Shown in pieces: positions 62,792 to 64,000 of a DNA stretch of 64,000 nucleotides (positions are counted from its first letter, which is position 1; each line of letters starts with the position of its first letter). The position numbers were made by a program, and so were the translations under genes. Origin of the DNA: Escherichia phage wV7. The notes beneath the pieces are model-generated. The model had not been told where the DNA came from. It searched no databases and saw nothing but the letters and a program-made list of their open reading frames with translations. The stretch lies in the sequence record NC_019505.1, one strand, 5' to 3'.

Positions 62792-62810
62792 AATTCACCT
62801 TAAAACAAAA

Positions 62811-62822
62811 GGGCCGAAGCCC
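62811..62822 (-). other. GGGC-TTCG-GCCC hairpin (minus-strand reading) upstream of ORF 62462..62791
   Basis: Same 22-nt element as at 63039-63050. Confidence 0.55.
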
Positions 62823-62827
62823 TTATT

Positions 62828-63022
62828 TTATTTGAATTGTGCAATTCTTTTCTCTAAACAATCTGCATAAGATTTCATTGAGATGAACTGTGAAAGCAGC
62901 AGTTCTTGCTCAACTGCACTAACCGTTAGAAACTTTGCGCTTTCTAAAAATTTGCTCAGTGCATTAATTTTGAGCATTAATTGATCGTATTCTTCTTTTA
63001 CTCGTGCTTGATAACCTAACAT
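62828..63022 (-). CDS. Hypothetical small protein bracketed by identical hairpins
   Basis: 64 aa ORF with ribosome-binding site. Confidence 0.5.
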   Translation of the reverse strand: MLGYQARVKEEYDQLMLKINALSKFLESAKFLTVSAVEQELLLSQFISMKSYADCLEKRIAQFK

Positions 63023-63038
63023 AATTTTCCTTAGTTAA

Positions 63039-63050
63039 GGGCCGAAGCCC
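63039..63050 (-). other. GGGC-TTCG-GCCC hairpin immediately 3' of rIIB
   Basis: Abuts the rIIB stop codon. Confidence 0.55.
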
Positions 63051-63989
63051 TTATTTAAATTGTTCAGTAACGTCTTCAATTACTTCGTATTGGCAGGTAC
63101 GCATTTTAGCGTCGTTGTAATCAATCGGAATTGATACTACATCACGAGGATGAACTTTAACTTTTACAACTCGGCTGGTTGAACCACCGAAGTGACGAAT
63201 ATAAGATTTAGAACACACATGCAGACCACGAGAACAAGTTTGTGTATCATCGTCATTCACACGAGTACGCGGCATTTTAACTACTTTACCAGGACTGTTA
63301 TCAAAGGTATTTGAGTGACAGTCAAAGTAATTATTGCGAACTACTTTCCAAGCATAGAAGTAACCATCTTCTGTAATTTCAATATCGTTTGCTACCAAGA
63401 AATCAAAAAGTCGAGATACCGCTTTCTGGCTTGGGTTTTCCAGCAGATTTTCCAAGAACGGAAAATAAAATTCAAAGTTTTCGCCTTTTTCCATCGAATC
63501 AAGAATACGATCAACCAAACCAGACCGCAATTCAATATTTTGATAGAATAAGCTTCCACCTTCAATTCGAACATCGCCGGAAATATATTTTTCAACAGCG
63601 CGACGAACATTAATTTTTTGTGCCGCTTCTTCCAGCTTATCCGCTACAAGCAGATTGAGAATTTCCTGGAAGTTTGAATGAGTATTAGGTGTTGCATTAT
63701 AAGTTACACCATCGACAGTAATCGAAATGAATTTTTTAGATGCATTCCAAATAATGTCAGATTTAGTAACTGGAGCAATAACTGCATCGCTATTAACTTT
63801 AACTGTAATATCACCGCTAATAGTAACTTTAGAGCGTTTAGCTTCTTCAGCATTTTTCAAAACACGACGGATTGTATCAACCGATACACCTTGCCAATCA
63901 GCCAATTCCTGCTGAGTATAATTACCGCTTGAATACAGTTTAACAATTTCAGCTTGTTCGTTTTTGGTCAGGCATTTAATATTGTACAT
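63051..63989 (-). CDS. rIIB: rIIB protein
   Basis: 312 aa, MYNIKCLTKNEQAEIVKLYSSGNYTQQELADWQGVSVDTIRR...; size as recalled for T4 rIIB. Confidence 0.9.
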   Translation of the reverse strand: MYNIKCLTKNEQAEIVKLYSSGNYTQQELADWQGVSVDTIRRVLKNAEEAKRSKVTISGDITVKVNSDAVIAPVTKSDIIWNASKKFISITVDGVTYNATPNTHSNFQEILNLLVADKLEEAAQKINVRRAVEKYISGDVRIEGGSLFYQNIELRSGLVDRILDSMEKGENFEFYFPFLENLLENPSQKAVSRLFDFLVANDIEITEDGYFYAWKVVRNNYFDCHSNTFDNSPGKVVKMPRTRVNDDDTQTCSRGLHVCSKSYIRHFGGSTSRVVKVKVHPRDVVSIPIDYNDAKMRTCQYEVIEDVTEQFK

Positions 63990-64000
63990 AATTTTCCTTA

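Overview
This window reads as a contiguous segment of a T4-like (T-even, T2/T6-type) lytic coliphage genome, running from the 3' part of the major capsid gene 23 to rIIB. Gene order, protein sizes and the N-terminal sequences I recognise match the T4 map: 23-24 / rnlB-hoc-inh (minus) / uvsW / uvsY-25-26 (minus) / baseplate hub and tube genes 51-27-28-29-48-54 (plus) / a long minus-strand early block (alt, 30, rIII, 31, cd, pseT, alc, rnlA, denA, nrdB, nrdA, td, frd, 32, 59, 33, dsbA, rnh) / long tail fibre genes 34-35-36-37-38 and holin t (plus) / asiA, arn, motA, 52, stp, ndd, denB, rIIB (minus). Coding density is very high, with many ATGA or TAATG stop/start overlaps. I found no tRNA, CRISPR array, integrase, transposase or intron. 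Regulatory signals are recognisable by eye: late promoters (TATAAATA), at least eight early promoters with the T4-type GTTTACA -35 box and a 17-nt spacer, one MotA-box middle promoter, and about 15 GC-rich tetraloop hairpins at gene boundaries. I did not find a clearly novel multi-gene system. The points most worth a second look are differences from what I recall of T4: two tandem full-length Alt-type ADP-ribosyltransferases, a Hoc with an internally duplicated Ig-like domain, a T2-type gp37 C-terminal module with a glycine-rich gp38 adhesin, a split uvsW/uvsW.1, a shortened asiA overlapping t antisense, intron-free td and nrdB, an extra ORF between frd and td, and a HAD/NADAR-like gene pair near alt. 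All function calls rest on my recollection of T4 proteins and visible motifs; no database search was run. Coordinates of CDS follow the supplied ORF track; coordinates of small hand-read features (promoters, hairpins, short ORFs) are approximate to a few nt.
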